A DNA stretch of 32,000 nucleotides from positions 1 through 32,000 of the forward strand of contig JAWOFX010000075.1 in NCBI GenBank assembly GCA_046497275.1. Direction: 5' to 3'. Below, one piece after another: positions 1 to 9,309 of this stretch (its first letter is position 1; the number at the start of each line of letters is the position of its first letter). The position numbers and the translations under genes were made by a program. This stretch comes from Promethearchaeia archaeon (lineage in GTDB: Archaea; Asgardarchaeota; Lokiarchaeia; Sigyniarchaeales; SOKP01). The notes beneath the pieces were generated by a model. It ran no database searches. It was given only the letters and a program-made list of their open reading frames with translations, and was not told the origin of the DNA.

Positions 1-1379
1 GTGATTTTCATAGCATTGAATATATAATTAATATCTGCATCAAAAGGAACAACAATTTGAACATTTTCCTCACCCTCGATATCTCCACACGCCAAGCAAT
101 CCTCTCTCTTATCAACTTCAATGGGATCAAATTGCCCATAGACTCCATTATAATTTATATAAGGAGGATACATAGGAGGACCAATATCTCGTCCATTCAC
201 GCGAAATAAAAGTTTTAAAGCCTCTTGAGATTCAATACTTGAAATTATTGAACTTACAGTTTGAATTGCGGCGATTTTGTTTCCTAAAATATTTTCCATT
301 TCCTCAAATTGATAATTAGGTCCAAAAGTTTTTTTTATATTTGTTTTCCATTCTTGAATCTCTTCAGATGTTAACGACTCCAGTTTTTCTGGAGGAACAT
401 TCTCATTAAAAACTCTTTCTCTTAAGTTTTTCAATTCTATTTGAGCTAATTCTTTCAACTTTATTACTTCCTCATCTATATTGAGATCTGGTTTATGACC
501 ATAAGTTTTTTCAAAATCTACTTCTGCTTTAATCACACATTGGTTTCTGTTCCTGGGGAGTCCTTTTAAAGTACATGCTGCCACTAGTTTATCATCTGGA
601 GGAGGGATGGGAACTAAACATCTATAACAAGCGGTTTGATCCATAATATCGGGGGCGTATTTTTCATCAAATTCTTTCTCGATCTTCTCTCTGATTTCCG
701 TTCTTACAGGTTCAACATTGCTTCGTTTTATGGCTTGTATTTGCTCCTCTAATTTCATTATTTTTTCTTGTGCCGCAAAATATTCGGGATATTCCTCTTC
801 ACTCAATTCCCATAATTTAGAATCTACTACTTTTTCAATTTCTCTTTCTCTGTCTTTATATTGAATTCCTGCGCTTTCTGGGATAATAATTTGAACATGT
901 CCTTCAAATCCTACTGTACCGCCATCTATCATTGGTTTATTTAGGCGAAGACATATCTTATTTAGATCCAATCTGGCATTAAAATTATCTAAAGCAGCTA
1001 TAATGATATCACTCCCTTCATATACGGCCGTTGGTAATTTCTGCAATTTTTCAAAGTAGTAATCAATTTGTAAATAGGGGTTCATTTCTTTAAGACGTTC
1101 TGCTGCTACTTCTGCCTTAGGTCTGCCCTCATCTCCTGGTCTAAATAACATTTGTCGAGAAAGATTGGACGTCTCTATTAGATCTAAATCAACAAGGATT
1201 AATTTGCCAATCCCCATTAATGCAAAATCTTTCGCGATCTCACAACCTAAAGCGCCTACTCCTATGATCATTATGCATCCGCTTTCTAAAACTTCTTGAT
1301 TCCATCCTTCAATTAATTGTTGTCGAGCATACATCCGAGATTTTTTTAATTCGTCCTTTTCGGTCATTTTATAAGCCAT
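1..1379 (-). CDS. Ubiquitin/Ubl-activating enzyme E1, UBA3/Uba2-like (3' end runs off the window)
   Basis: Not in the ORF track because there is no stop in the window. Translated by hand: open for 459 codons from ATG 1379 (alternative ATG 1367). Motifs: YARQ, IGVGALGCE (GxGxxG), VDLDLIETSNLSRQMLF, GRPKAEVA, LDNFNAR, IDGGTVGFEGHV, Zn pair CYRC (618-629) and CLAC (87-98). AACTLKGLPRNRNQC matches the eukaryotic E1 active-site pattern PxCT...P...HC, with Cys at 573-575. Confidence 0.9.
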   Translation of the reverse strand, partial: MAYKMTEKDELKKSRMYARQQLIEGWNQEVLESGCIMIIGVGALGCEIAKDFALMGIGKLILVDLDLIETSNLSRQMLFRPGDEGRPKAEVAAERLKEMNPYLQIDYYFEKLQKLPTAVYEGSDIIIAALDNFNARLDLNKICLRLNKPMIDGGTVGFEGHVQIIIPESAGIQYKDREREIEKVVDSKLWELSEEEYPEYFAAQEKIMKLEEQIQAIKRSNVEPVRTEIREKIEKEFDEKYAPDIMDQTACYRCLVPIPPPDDKLVAACTLKGLPRNRNQCVIKAEVDFEKTYGHKPDLNIDEEVIKLKELAQIELKNLRERVFNENVPPEKLESLTSEEIQEWKTNIKKTFGPNYQFEEMENILGNKIAAIQTVSSIISSIESQEALKLLFRVNGRDIGPPMYPPYINYNGVYGQFDPIEVDKREDCLACGDIEGEENVQIVVPFDADINYIFNAMKI

Positions 1380-1437
1380 TTCTTTTTAATTAACTTAATA
1401 ATAAAGATTTGTTAATTTAAACTCTTTTAGTATAAAT

Positions 1438-2892
1438 ATGAAAAAATCGAAATATTGTATTCTTCTTTTAATGGTTTTAATATTTCCATTATGTGGATAT
1501 TTGATCCAAAATAACCTATACGACTTCAATAGAGATATAAAATTAGCCGATGAATATAATGCCCAAAATTATATTGGTCTTAAGAATGATTTAAGTGAAG
1601 GATTAACTGGGGATGGAATTAATGTGGCGGTGATAGATACAGGAATTGATGCGGATCACGAAGTATTTATAAGTTGGGAAGACAGAATAACCTATTTTGA
1701 TGTTGTAGAAAATGAATCAATCCCCGAAGATAATGATGGACATGGTACATGGGTAGCTTCAATATTAGGGGGTAATAGTCTTGACTATAAAGGAGTGGCT
1801 CCAGATGTTAATTTCACAATAATAAGAGCATTCTTTGAAGATGAAGGTGAGAGAGTCTCAAATATTGGCTTAATAAGTGATGCAGTTGATGTTATTCTCC
1901 AGAAACAAGAAGATTTATCGATTAGGATCGTCAGTATGAGTTTCGGAATTGAATCTGCATCTCAACAAATATCCAACATATTAAATAGTATCGTTGAGCA
2001 GTTAGTAGATAATAATATATTAGCAGTCGCCGCAGCGGGAAATGATGGAGATGGGGGTCTCGGGACTATTCAACCTCCAGCATCTTCAGAAAAAGTTTTA
2101 GCTATAGGTGGGGTTTATGATGATGGAGAACCATGGCCTTTAAGTTCAAAAGGCCCTTCTTATGATCACAAAATAAAACCAGATGTATGTGCTCCAGCTG
2201 TTAATATTAAAGGTGCAAGTGCGAGTACATTTTTTACTAATAGATATACAACTAGTTCTGGAACCTCCGCCTCGACCCCCTTTATTTCTGGTTTAGCAGC
2301 GCTCATGCTAGAAAAAGATAATGATTTAACGGCATTAGAATTAAAAAGTATTATTTCACTCACCTCCTATAGAACCATAGATCCTAGAATTATTAAGGAT
2401 AATATTCAAGGTTGGGGCGTAGTTCAAGGCTATGCTGCTCTTGATGCTTTAGACTCTCCCATTGAGATAAATTCAAATAGTAATTTTGCATTTACTCTGA
2501 ATGAAAGTCAACCTGTACTTTGTTTACCGGTAAAAACTACAGGTTTAAGCAATTATTTTTTACAATTAAATCAATTAGACACTGCAGAAGCTGAAATGTA
2601 TCTCTTTGATACTCAACCAGATGATGATGGAAATCCCCAATTATTAACTCATTCTATTTCTGCATTTGAACCTTATGATACACTAAATAGGATTGGAATT
2701 TCAAGTATTGATTCTCATAATTATTATTTAACGATAAAATTAGTACATGGGACGGGAAGTGGAGATTTTTCCATAATTATGGTAATGGAATATAGATTGT
2801 CTTTATTTTTAATAATCGTAGGAGTTAATTTGCTAGGATTAGTTTTTATTGGATTTCAATACAAAAAGTTTCAAAAAGTAGATTTAAGATAA
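1438..2892 (+). CDS. Membrane-anchored subtilisin-like serine protease (S8)
   Basis: Catalytic motifs VAVIDTG (Asp), HGTWVA (His), AAAGN (oxyanion Asn) and GTSAS (Ser). N-terminal hydrophobic signal; C-terminal TM helix LFLIIVGVNLLGLVFIGF followed by a basic tail. Confidence 0.92.
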   Translation: MKKSKYCILLLMVLIFPLCGYLIQNNLYDFNRDIKLADEYNAQNYIGLKNDLSEGLTGDGINVAVIDTGIDADHEVFISWEDRITYFDVVENESIPEDNDGHGTWVASILGGNSLDYKGVAPDVNFTIIRAFFEDEGERVSNIGLISDAVDVILQKQEDLSIRIVSMSFGIESASQQISNILNSIVEQLVDNNILAVAAAGNDGDGGLGTIQPPASSEKVLAIGGVYDDGEPWPLSSKGPSYDHKIKPDVCAPAVNIKGASASTFFTNRYTTSSGTSASTPFISGLAALMLEKDNDLTALELKSIISLTSYRTIDPRIIKDNIQGWGVVQGYAALDALDSPIEINSNSNFAFTLNESQPVLCLPVKTTGLSNYFLQLNQLDTAEAEMYLFDTQPDDDGNPQLLTHSISAFEPYDTLNRIGISSIDSHNYYLTIKLVHGTGSGDFSIIMVMEYRLSLFLIIVGVNLLGLVFIGFQYKKFQKVDLR

Positions 2893-2911
2893 AGAATATT
2901 TTAATTATTCA

Positions 2912-5900
2912 TTATTTTTTATCATTTTTACCAGTTTCCTTCAGCATTCGTTTTATTTCATCAACTTCTTTTCTCTTTTTTTCTCTGAGCTTCTTCTTCT
3001 TTTCTTCTTCTTTCTTTTTTCTCTCCTCTTCAAGTTTACTTATTAATTCCTCTTTTAATTTTATCATTTTCCCCATGCTTTTTCCAAATTGCTTTGATCC
3101 ACGAATTAATTCTTGTTTTTCTCTTTTTTTCCTGATCTGTTCCTCAATTTTCTCCTGCTCTAAAGTCTCAGAAACCTTTTTAGTAATTGCTCCCACTCTT
3201 TTTCCAAATTCCTTTGATCCTCGAAGTATTTCTTGTTTTTCCCTTTGCTTTTTAAGTTGTTCTTCAATTCTCTCCTCCTCTAAAGTTTCAGAAACCCTTT
3301 TCGCTATAGTCCCGACTTGACCAACCTGTTCTTCAAGCTCACGCTCTTCTTTAATTTTTTCTAATTCTTTTGCTTGCTGTTCAATCTCTTTTTGATGTTG
3401 AATTCTTTTTCTTTGAAGTTTTTCTGCCTTAGCTTTTTCTTCTAATTTCTTAACTTCTTCGATTTCTTTTTGAATATATCCTATTTGTTCATTCCATCCG
3501 AGCATCCTAAATGTTAGGATGGCTTGTTCGAGCATATTATAAGCCTCTTCAAATCTCTGATAAGTGGCTAATCGCTTTCCTTGTTCAATACGTTCTAATC
3601 CAGCATCGCGCATTTCTTCAAGTTTTAATTGATGTTTTTTATACTTCCGTATTTCTAGTTCCTTTTCTTTTTGTTTTCTAAAATCCTCTCTCTGTCTTAA
3701 TTGAATATCCTCTAAAAACTCTCTATATTCCTCTTCTCTTTGTTGTTCAATTTGTTTATTTTTTTCTATTCTCTCATAATATTCTTGCTTTTCGTTTTGA
3801 AGATCTGTGATTAATTTATTTAAATTGTTGATTTCAGGTTCCCATCCAATTCTTTCAGCTAAAATATCTCTCGCCTCAATATATAGGGATATTGCTGCAT
3901 CATATTCGGGGTCCCATCGTTTTAAGTGTTCTGAGGCTTTATCTAACAGAGAATAAGCCGCCTCTCTATAATTCTTTTGTTGTTCAATAAATTGCTCCCT
4001 TTTTTGTAAAGCAATTTGTTTTGCTCGTTTTTTTTCCTCCTCTTGTCTCCTTCTCATCTCAACAAGATTTTCAAGGTCTTTTTCTTTCTGCATTCGATTT
4101 AATTCAAGTCGATATTTTTCTAATCTTTCTTTTTCTTTACTTTCTTGCATATCCCTAATTCTGTTTATCATTTCATCTATAGAATCGGTGGGATAATTTA
4201 TTTGGTTAAGCGTCAATTGAGCTTTTTTATAATATTCGATCGCTGATTCAAATTCTTCCTCTTCTATCAATGAGTCTGCTTCATCCAATAGATCAAATGC
4301 CTCAACTTTTTTCTGTTCTATTAATTTACGGCGTTCCTCAAATTTTTCGACCCGAATTTTTTTCTGTAATACTTTTTGTTTTTCTAATTCCATTTTCCTA
4401 GTCATTTGTTGTTGGAATTCAATTTCTTTTTGTTCGCGCTGGATTTGTTCTTCTAGTTGCTTTTGCTTTTGTAATTGTTTTTCTCTACTTTTTTCTCTTA
4501 CTTGAATTATTAATGAATCGATTGCTTTTGTAGGAAAGTTTAATTCACTCAAAATTATTTCCGCCTCCTCATATAAACTAAGCGCATCTTCATAATCTCC
4601 TTTCTTCGTTAGGTCTTCGGCTTTATCTAATAGATTAAATGCTTTTTCCTTATTGCGTTCAAGATACTTTTTAAATTCTTCTTGTTTTTGTATTCGTTTC
4701 TTTTTGGCTTCTAATTTTTCTCTGTCTAATTTCATTCTTTGGGATATTTGTTTTTGGAGCACCTCATCTCTTTTCTCTTCTTGAAGCTGTGAAATCAAAT
4801 CTTTTTGTTTTTTATATTCCTGTTCACGTGTCGCTTCTTCTAATTTTTGCAATTTTTCCTTGATTGCAGTTGTTGGAAACTGTATCTGACTGAGTATTAA
4901 CTCTGCCTCCCGGTATTTGTCAATTGCGCCATTATATTGAGCTTCCTTTACCAATGTCTCTGCCTCATCAATAATATCAAATGCCTTCTCTTTCAATTCA
5001 TCTTGTTTTTCTTGGATTTCCTTTATTTTCATCATTTTAACTTGTTTCTTCTTTAATCTCTCTTCTTCTCTCTTAAGTGAATCCGTAATTCTCTTTTGAA
5101 ATTCTTCCTCTGCCATTTTTGCTTGATTCTCTCTATCCTTTTCCTTTTGAAGTGAGATTTCTTTCTTTTCTTTTTGCGTTTTAATCTCTTCCAATGTTTC
5201 CTTTAAGATTTTCAAATAAGGACCTTCCCAACCTATTTCTGTAAGTATGTTTATCGCTTCTTTATATACTTGAATTGCGGCTTCATATTTTTCTTCTTTT
5301 AAGAGTGTATCAGCATCTTCAATAATTTTAAAAGCTTTTTTCCGCTCTTCTTCTTTCTGAGAAGATAATTCCTCTTTTAACTTAATTAACTCCTTTCGTT
5401 TTAATTCTTGCATCTTTTGTTTCTTTCTACTTTCTTGAATATTAGCTATGAATCGCTTATCTGCTTCTTCTTTTTCTATTTCTCTTTTTAATCTTTCTTC
5501 TTTTAGTTTTATTTCTTCATCTCTTTTTTGCTTTATCTCTTCTATTGCTTGATGAATTCTCGGAATTTCTTCATTCCATTGAATTTCAGCAAAGATGTTT
5601 GCGACATCGTAATAAACATCAATAGCGTCATTATAATTTCCATTAGAGAGATACTCTTCTGCTAAATCCAACAAAATGAAAGCTCCGTTTTTTCTGACTT
5701 GTACTTGTTTTTCTAAAGTTTCTTCTTTCTCTCTTCTTATTTTTTGTTCTTCAATCATTTGTTGTTTTAACTGAGCTTCCTTTTTAATTTGTTCTCTAAA
5801 CACCTTTTCTTTTTCTTGTTGCTCAATAATTTCCCTCAATTCCCTTACTTTTCTTTTTTCCATCTCTTTCTTTTGTTGCTCAATTTCAAAAATAGAATTT

Positions 5901-8900
5901 CTTATTAAATCACCTTCTTCAGTCCAATTAATATCCTCGAAGATTTCAAGTACTTGATGATATATTTCAATAGCCTTATCATATTCATTTTCATTAATTA
6001 ATTCTTGTGCTTCATTTAATAATTCAAAAGCACGCTTTCTCTGTAGTTCGATTTGTTTTTCGATTTGTTTCTGCCTTGCTAATTCAATTTCTTTTTGTTT
6101 CATTCTCTCTTGTTCTAACTTCATTCTTTCAGCAATTTTTTGTTCTAATATCTTCTCTTCTTGTTCTCTTTTTAATTTTAATTCTAATTCGTTCTGTTTG
6201 GCAATTTCTTGTTCCTTTTGTTTCGATTTGATTTTCATTATGGTTTCTTTAATTAAATCTGTAGGAAATTGGATCTGATTCAAGATTAATTCTGCTTCTC
6301 TATAATGTTCAATTGATTCCTCATAATCGCCTTCATTTAAGCATTTGTCTGCTTCCTCCAATACTTTAAAAGCCTTTTGCTTCAACTCATTTTGTTTCTC
6401 CTTGAATTTCTTGCGTTCCTCTATGCTTAATTGTTTTTCCTCCAATCTTATCTGTTCCCATTCCATTATCTTTGACATTTTAGCTTGGAACTCCATGTTT
6501 TCTTGTTCTAATTGTTTTAACTGTTTTTCTTCTTGTATTTGTTTTATCGTTTGTTCCTCTTTCTGTTTCTTTATTGATCTTATCGTATCTCTTAATAATC
6601 TTAAATATTCTTCACTCCACCCAATAGATTTCAATATCTCCATCGCAGTATTATATTTAGATAACGCTTCATCAAAATATTGCTGTTTTAGTAAAGAATC
6701 GGCCTTATCGATTATATTAAACGCATTTTTTTGTTTTTCCTTGGCTTCTTCTGTTAATTGTTTTTGGATTTCGATATTTCTTCTCCTTTCTAATTCTTTT
6801 TTTCTCTCAAATTCTCTCTCTCTTGCTAACATTTCCATGAAAGCTGATCGTTCTAATTCCTTCTTTATTTCTTCATTAATTGCTTCTTGTTCCCATATTT
6901 TCTTTTGATTCTTTTTCTCTTTTATTTGTACTATAGTATCATTTATTAAAGGTAATTCGTCTATCCATTGAATTTGAGCAAAAATATTTCTCACCTCATA
7001 ATATATCTCCAGGGATTCTTCAAATTTTCCTTGAGATAATAATTGATTTGCTTCATCTAATTTTTTAAATGCCTTAGCACGCCTTCTTCTTCGATAATTT
7101 AACTCTTCTTCCCTCTCTCTTATTTTTATTTGTTTCTCTTCTAATTCATTACGCTTCGCTTCTATCTGCCTTGCAATTTCCATTTGAAAATCGTTCCTCT
7201 CTTTTTCACGGGTTAATGCTTTCTGCAACTCTTTTTCTTTTTGCATTAACTCTTCCTTTTTCCTCTTTTCTAATTCAATTATCGAATTCCGGATTGACTT
7301 TGCCTCATCTTTCCACTGTATAAGCGAGAATATTTTTGCAGCCTCACGATATAGATCAATTGCATTATCATAATTTCCCTCTTCAATGATATTTTGGGCT
7401 TTTTCTAATAATTCTAAAGCTTTTTTCTTTTGCTCTCTTTGATATTGCAATTCATTATCTTTTTCTTCTAATTTGATTTCTTTTTCTTTTAATTTTTCTC
7501 TTTCAAGCTGGAGTTGCTGTCGTATTCTTTTCTGAAAATCTTCATCCTCCTCTAATTTTTTAATTCTTTTTTCCATCTCTTTATTCTTTTGCTCGGTTAA
7601 ATCTTTCTTTCTTTGTTCCAGTTCATTAATGGAGTTATCTAATAATGGTATTTCATCAGTCCATTGGATTTCTGCGAAAATGTTACGGGCATTTTGATAA
7701 TTTTCTATTGCTTCATCAAATTTCAAATCCATAACATTATTTTGAGCTTCTTCTATAAATTTAAACGCTTTATTCTTTAATTTTTCCCTATAATGAATTT
7801 CTTCATCATGTTCCTTTAATTCAATCTCCTTCTCCTCTAGTTTCTTACGCTCCCGTTTTAATTCTTTTGAAATATATTCTTGAAATTCCTGTTTTTGTTT
7901 TATCTCAAGTTCTTTCTTCTTTTGTTGTTGATAATGAATATTATACACGTTTTCTTTTGTGTTTTTGATATTTTCAATGGTTTCTTGGATAGTATCGACA
8001 TAATTTTCCCATCCTGAACCCATATTATCAATTAATTGAAGTGCTTCTTCATAGTGAGAAATTGCGGCGTCATAATTCTCATCCTTTACTAATTTGTCTG
8101 CTCGATTTAACAATGTAAAAAATTTATCTTCGTTTTGTAATTTTGTTGCTTTTTTTCCTTCAATCTCTTTTTTTTTCTTAATCTGAGATTTGGTTATTTC
8201 TTCTAATTTCTCTTTACGTTTTTTTCTAATTGATTCCTTTAAAGCACGCAATTCCTCTTCTCTTTTCTCTCTTTGTTTTCTCTCTTTTTTTTGACTCTCT
8301 TTTTTTTCTTCAATTTGACTAATTTGATTTTTAAGTGGTTCGATATAACTGGACCAATCAATGATTTTTAGGAGATCTGTTGCCTCACTAAGACTATTAA
8401 TCGCTTCTTCCCATTTTTCTTGTTGTTCTAATACCCTTGCATTATCGATTAAACTGAATGCTTTTTCTTTTATTTCGCTCTCTTCTTTTTGCGCCTCAAA
8501 TTCTCTTTGTATTCCTATATATTCTTTATCTCGAGACAAATCACCTTTTAACTCAGGAAGATTTTCAAGATCTACTTTTAGGTTTGATCTATCTGCTTTT
8601 TGTGTCATATATCGAACAATTTTTTGTTTTTTAATCTCTTTTTTTTTATCATAATCCTCCATTAGAGTATTTCTTTTATTTTTGAGGTTTTGTAGCTGTG
8701 AGTCGGACCATCCTGCTTCAGTTAATAAAGAAATTGCTGAATCATATTTACTAAGTGCTTTTTTAAAATCTCCTTCCAATTCTAAGTACTTTCCTTGATC
8801 TAAAAGTAAAAAAGCCTCATCTTGAACCTTTTCTTTTTGAGTTTTTTTAATAAGCTGTTTTGATTTATCTTCACTTTCAATTTTATTCTCAAGTTCAGTA

Positions 8901-9085
8901 ATATGATTTCTAATATCTTCCTCTCTATGAGGCAAATATCCGCTTTCGATAAGATATTTTAATGCTTTTTGATAATTTTCAAGTGCTTGTACAAAATTGT
9001 TCTTATCTTCATAATCCCCTGCTAAATCTAAAAACTTAATTGCTTTATTAGCTAAATCCTCTGGTGTTAATTGTTTTTCCTCCAT
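2912..9085 (-). CDS. Giant (2057 aa) protein of about 17 TPR/MIT-like helical modules separated by charged coiled coils
   Basis: Uninterrupted ORF with a recurring motif KAFxLLDxAxxLxxxxxYxxAIxxYxEAxxIxxxIx(W/F). Spacing is about 115-120 aa in the middle of the protein. Linkers are E/K/Q/R-rich heptad segments; no TM segments. Confidence 0.85.
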   Translation of the reverse strand: MEEKQLTPEDLANKAIKFLDLAGDYEDKNNFVQALENYQKALKYLIESGYLPHREEDIRNHITELENKIESEDKSKQLIKKTQKEKVQDEAFLLLDQGKYLELEGDFKKALSKYDSAISLLTEAGWSDSQLQNLKNKRNTLMEDYDKKKEIKKQKIVRYMTQKADRSNLKVDLENLPELKGDLSRDKEYIGIQREFEAQKEESEIKEKAFSLIDNARVLEQQEKWEEAINSLSEATDLLKIIDWSSYIEPLKNQISQIEEKKESQKKERKQREKREEELRALKESIRKKRKEKLEEITKSQIKKKKEIEGKKATKLQNEDKFFTLLNRADKLVKDENYDAAISHYEEALQLIDNMGSGWENYVDTIQETIENIKNTKENVYNIHYQQQKKKELEIKQKQEFQEYISKELKRERKKLEEKEIELKEHDEEIHYREKLKNKAFKFIEEAQNNVMDLKFDEAIENYQNARNIFAEIQWTDEIPLLDNSINELEQRKKDLTEQKNKEMEKRIKKLEEDEDFQKRIRQQLQLEREKLKEKEIKLEEKDNELQYQREQKKKALELLEKAQNIIEEGNYDNAIDLYREAAKIFSLIQWKDEAKSIRNSIIELEKRKKEELMQKEKELQKALTREKERNDFQMEIARQIEAKRNELEEKQIKIREREEELNYRRRRRAKAFKKLDEANQLLSQGKFEESLEIYYEVRNIFAQIQWIDELPLINDTIVQIKEKKNQKKIWEQEAINEEIKKELERSAFMEMLAREREFERKKELERRRNIEIQKQLTEEAKEKQKNAFNIIDKADSLLKQQYFDEALSKYNTAMEILKSIGWSEEYLRLLRDTIRSIKKQKEEQTIKQIQEEKQLKQLEQENMEFQAKMSKIMEWEQIRLEEKQLSIEERKKFKEKQNELKQKAFKVLEEADKCLNEGDYEESIEHYREAELILNQIQFPTDLIKETIMKIKSKQKEQEIAKQNELELKLKREQEEKILEQKIAERMKLEQERMKQKEIELARQKQIEKQIELQRKRAFELLNEAQELINENEYDKAIEIYHQVLEIFEDINWTEEGDLIRNSIFEIEQQKKEMEKRKVRELREIIEQQEKEKVFREQIKKEAQLKQQMIEEQKIRREKEETLEKQVQVRKNGAFILLDLAEEYLSNGNYNDAIDVYYDVANIFAEIQWNEEIPRIHQAIEEIKQKRDEEIKLKEERLKREIEKEEADKRFIANIQESRKKQKMQELKRKELIKLKEELSSQKEEERKKAFKIIEDADTLLKEEKYEAAIQVYKEAINILTEIGWEGPYLKILKETLEEIKTQKEKKEISLQKEKDRENQAKMAEEEFQKRITDSLKREEERLKKKQVKMMKIKEIQEKQDELKEKAFDIIDEAETLVKEAQYNGAIDKYREAELILSQIQFPTTAIKEKLQKLEEATREQEYKKQKDLISQLQEEKRDEVLQKQISQRMKLDREKLEAKKKRIQKQEEFKKYLERNKEKAFNLLDKAEDLTKKGDYEDALSLYEEAEIILSELNFPTKAIDSLIIQVREKSREKQLQKQKQLEEQIQREQKEIEFQQQMTRKMELEKQKVLQKKIRVEKFEERRKLIEQKKVEAFDLLDEADSLIEEEEFESAIEYYKKAQLTLNQINYPTDSIDEMINRIRDMQESKEKERLEKYRLELNRMQKEKDLENLVEMRRRQEEEKKRAKQIALQKREQFIEQQKNYREAAYSLLDKASEHLKRWDPEYDAAISLYIEARDILAERIGWEPEINNLNKLITDLQNEKQEYYERIEKNKQIEQQREEEYREFLEDIQLRQREDFRKQKEKELEIRKYKKHQLKLEEMRDAGLERIEQGKRLATYQRFEEAYNMLEQAILTFRMLGWNEQIGYIQKEIEEVKKLEEKAKAEKLQRKRIQHQKEIEQQAKELEKIKEERELEEQVGQVGTIAKRVSETLEEERIEEQLKKQREKQEILRGSKEFGKRVGAITKKVSETLEQEKIEEQIRKKREKQELIRGSKQFGKSMGKMIKLKEELISKLEEERKKKEEEKKKKLREKKRKEVDEIKRMLKETGKNDKK
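3078..3317. repeat. Imperfect 120-bp tandem duplication (2 copies) in the 3' end of the giant gene
   Basis: tttttccaaatt..tttgatcc..tcttgttttt and ctctaaagt.tcagaaacc recur at an exact 120-bp offset. They encode VG(T/A)I(A/T)K(R/K)VSETLE(E/Q)E(R/K)IEEQ..K.REKQE..RGSK.FGK twice. Confidence 0.85.
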
Positions 9086-9309
9086 TTTTTGTTCTCTCCA
9101 TATTTTCTTATGATTATAATATAGAACTTATTGGATATCATCACATATTATATTTTAAAATATACCATAGCAAACTATTAAATTTTTTATTTTATTTTAG
9201 GAAAAACCTAATATTACTTTAATCTGATTTAAAATCAGTTGGTATGAAAATATCTACACTTAATTGATTAAGAAAACTTAATTTAAAAAAAAATTTAGAT
9301 TAATTAATT

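Noticed and set aside
3075-8654. Plus-strand ORFs inside the giant gene (3075, 6007, 6345, 8361) and the other short antisense or nested ORFs in the track
   Set aside because: These are F/S/L/C-rich antisense shadows or alternate-frame products of strong genes, with no motifs or ribosome-binding sites.
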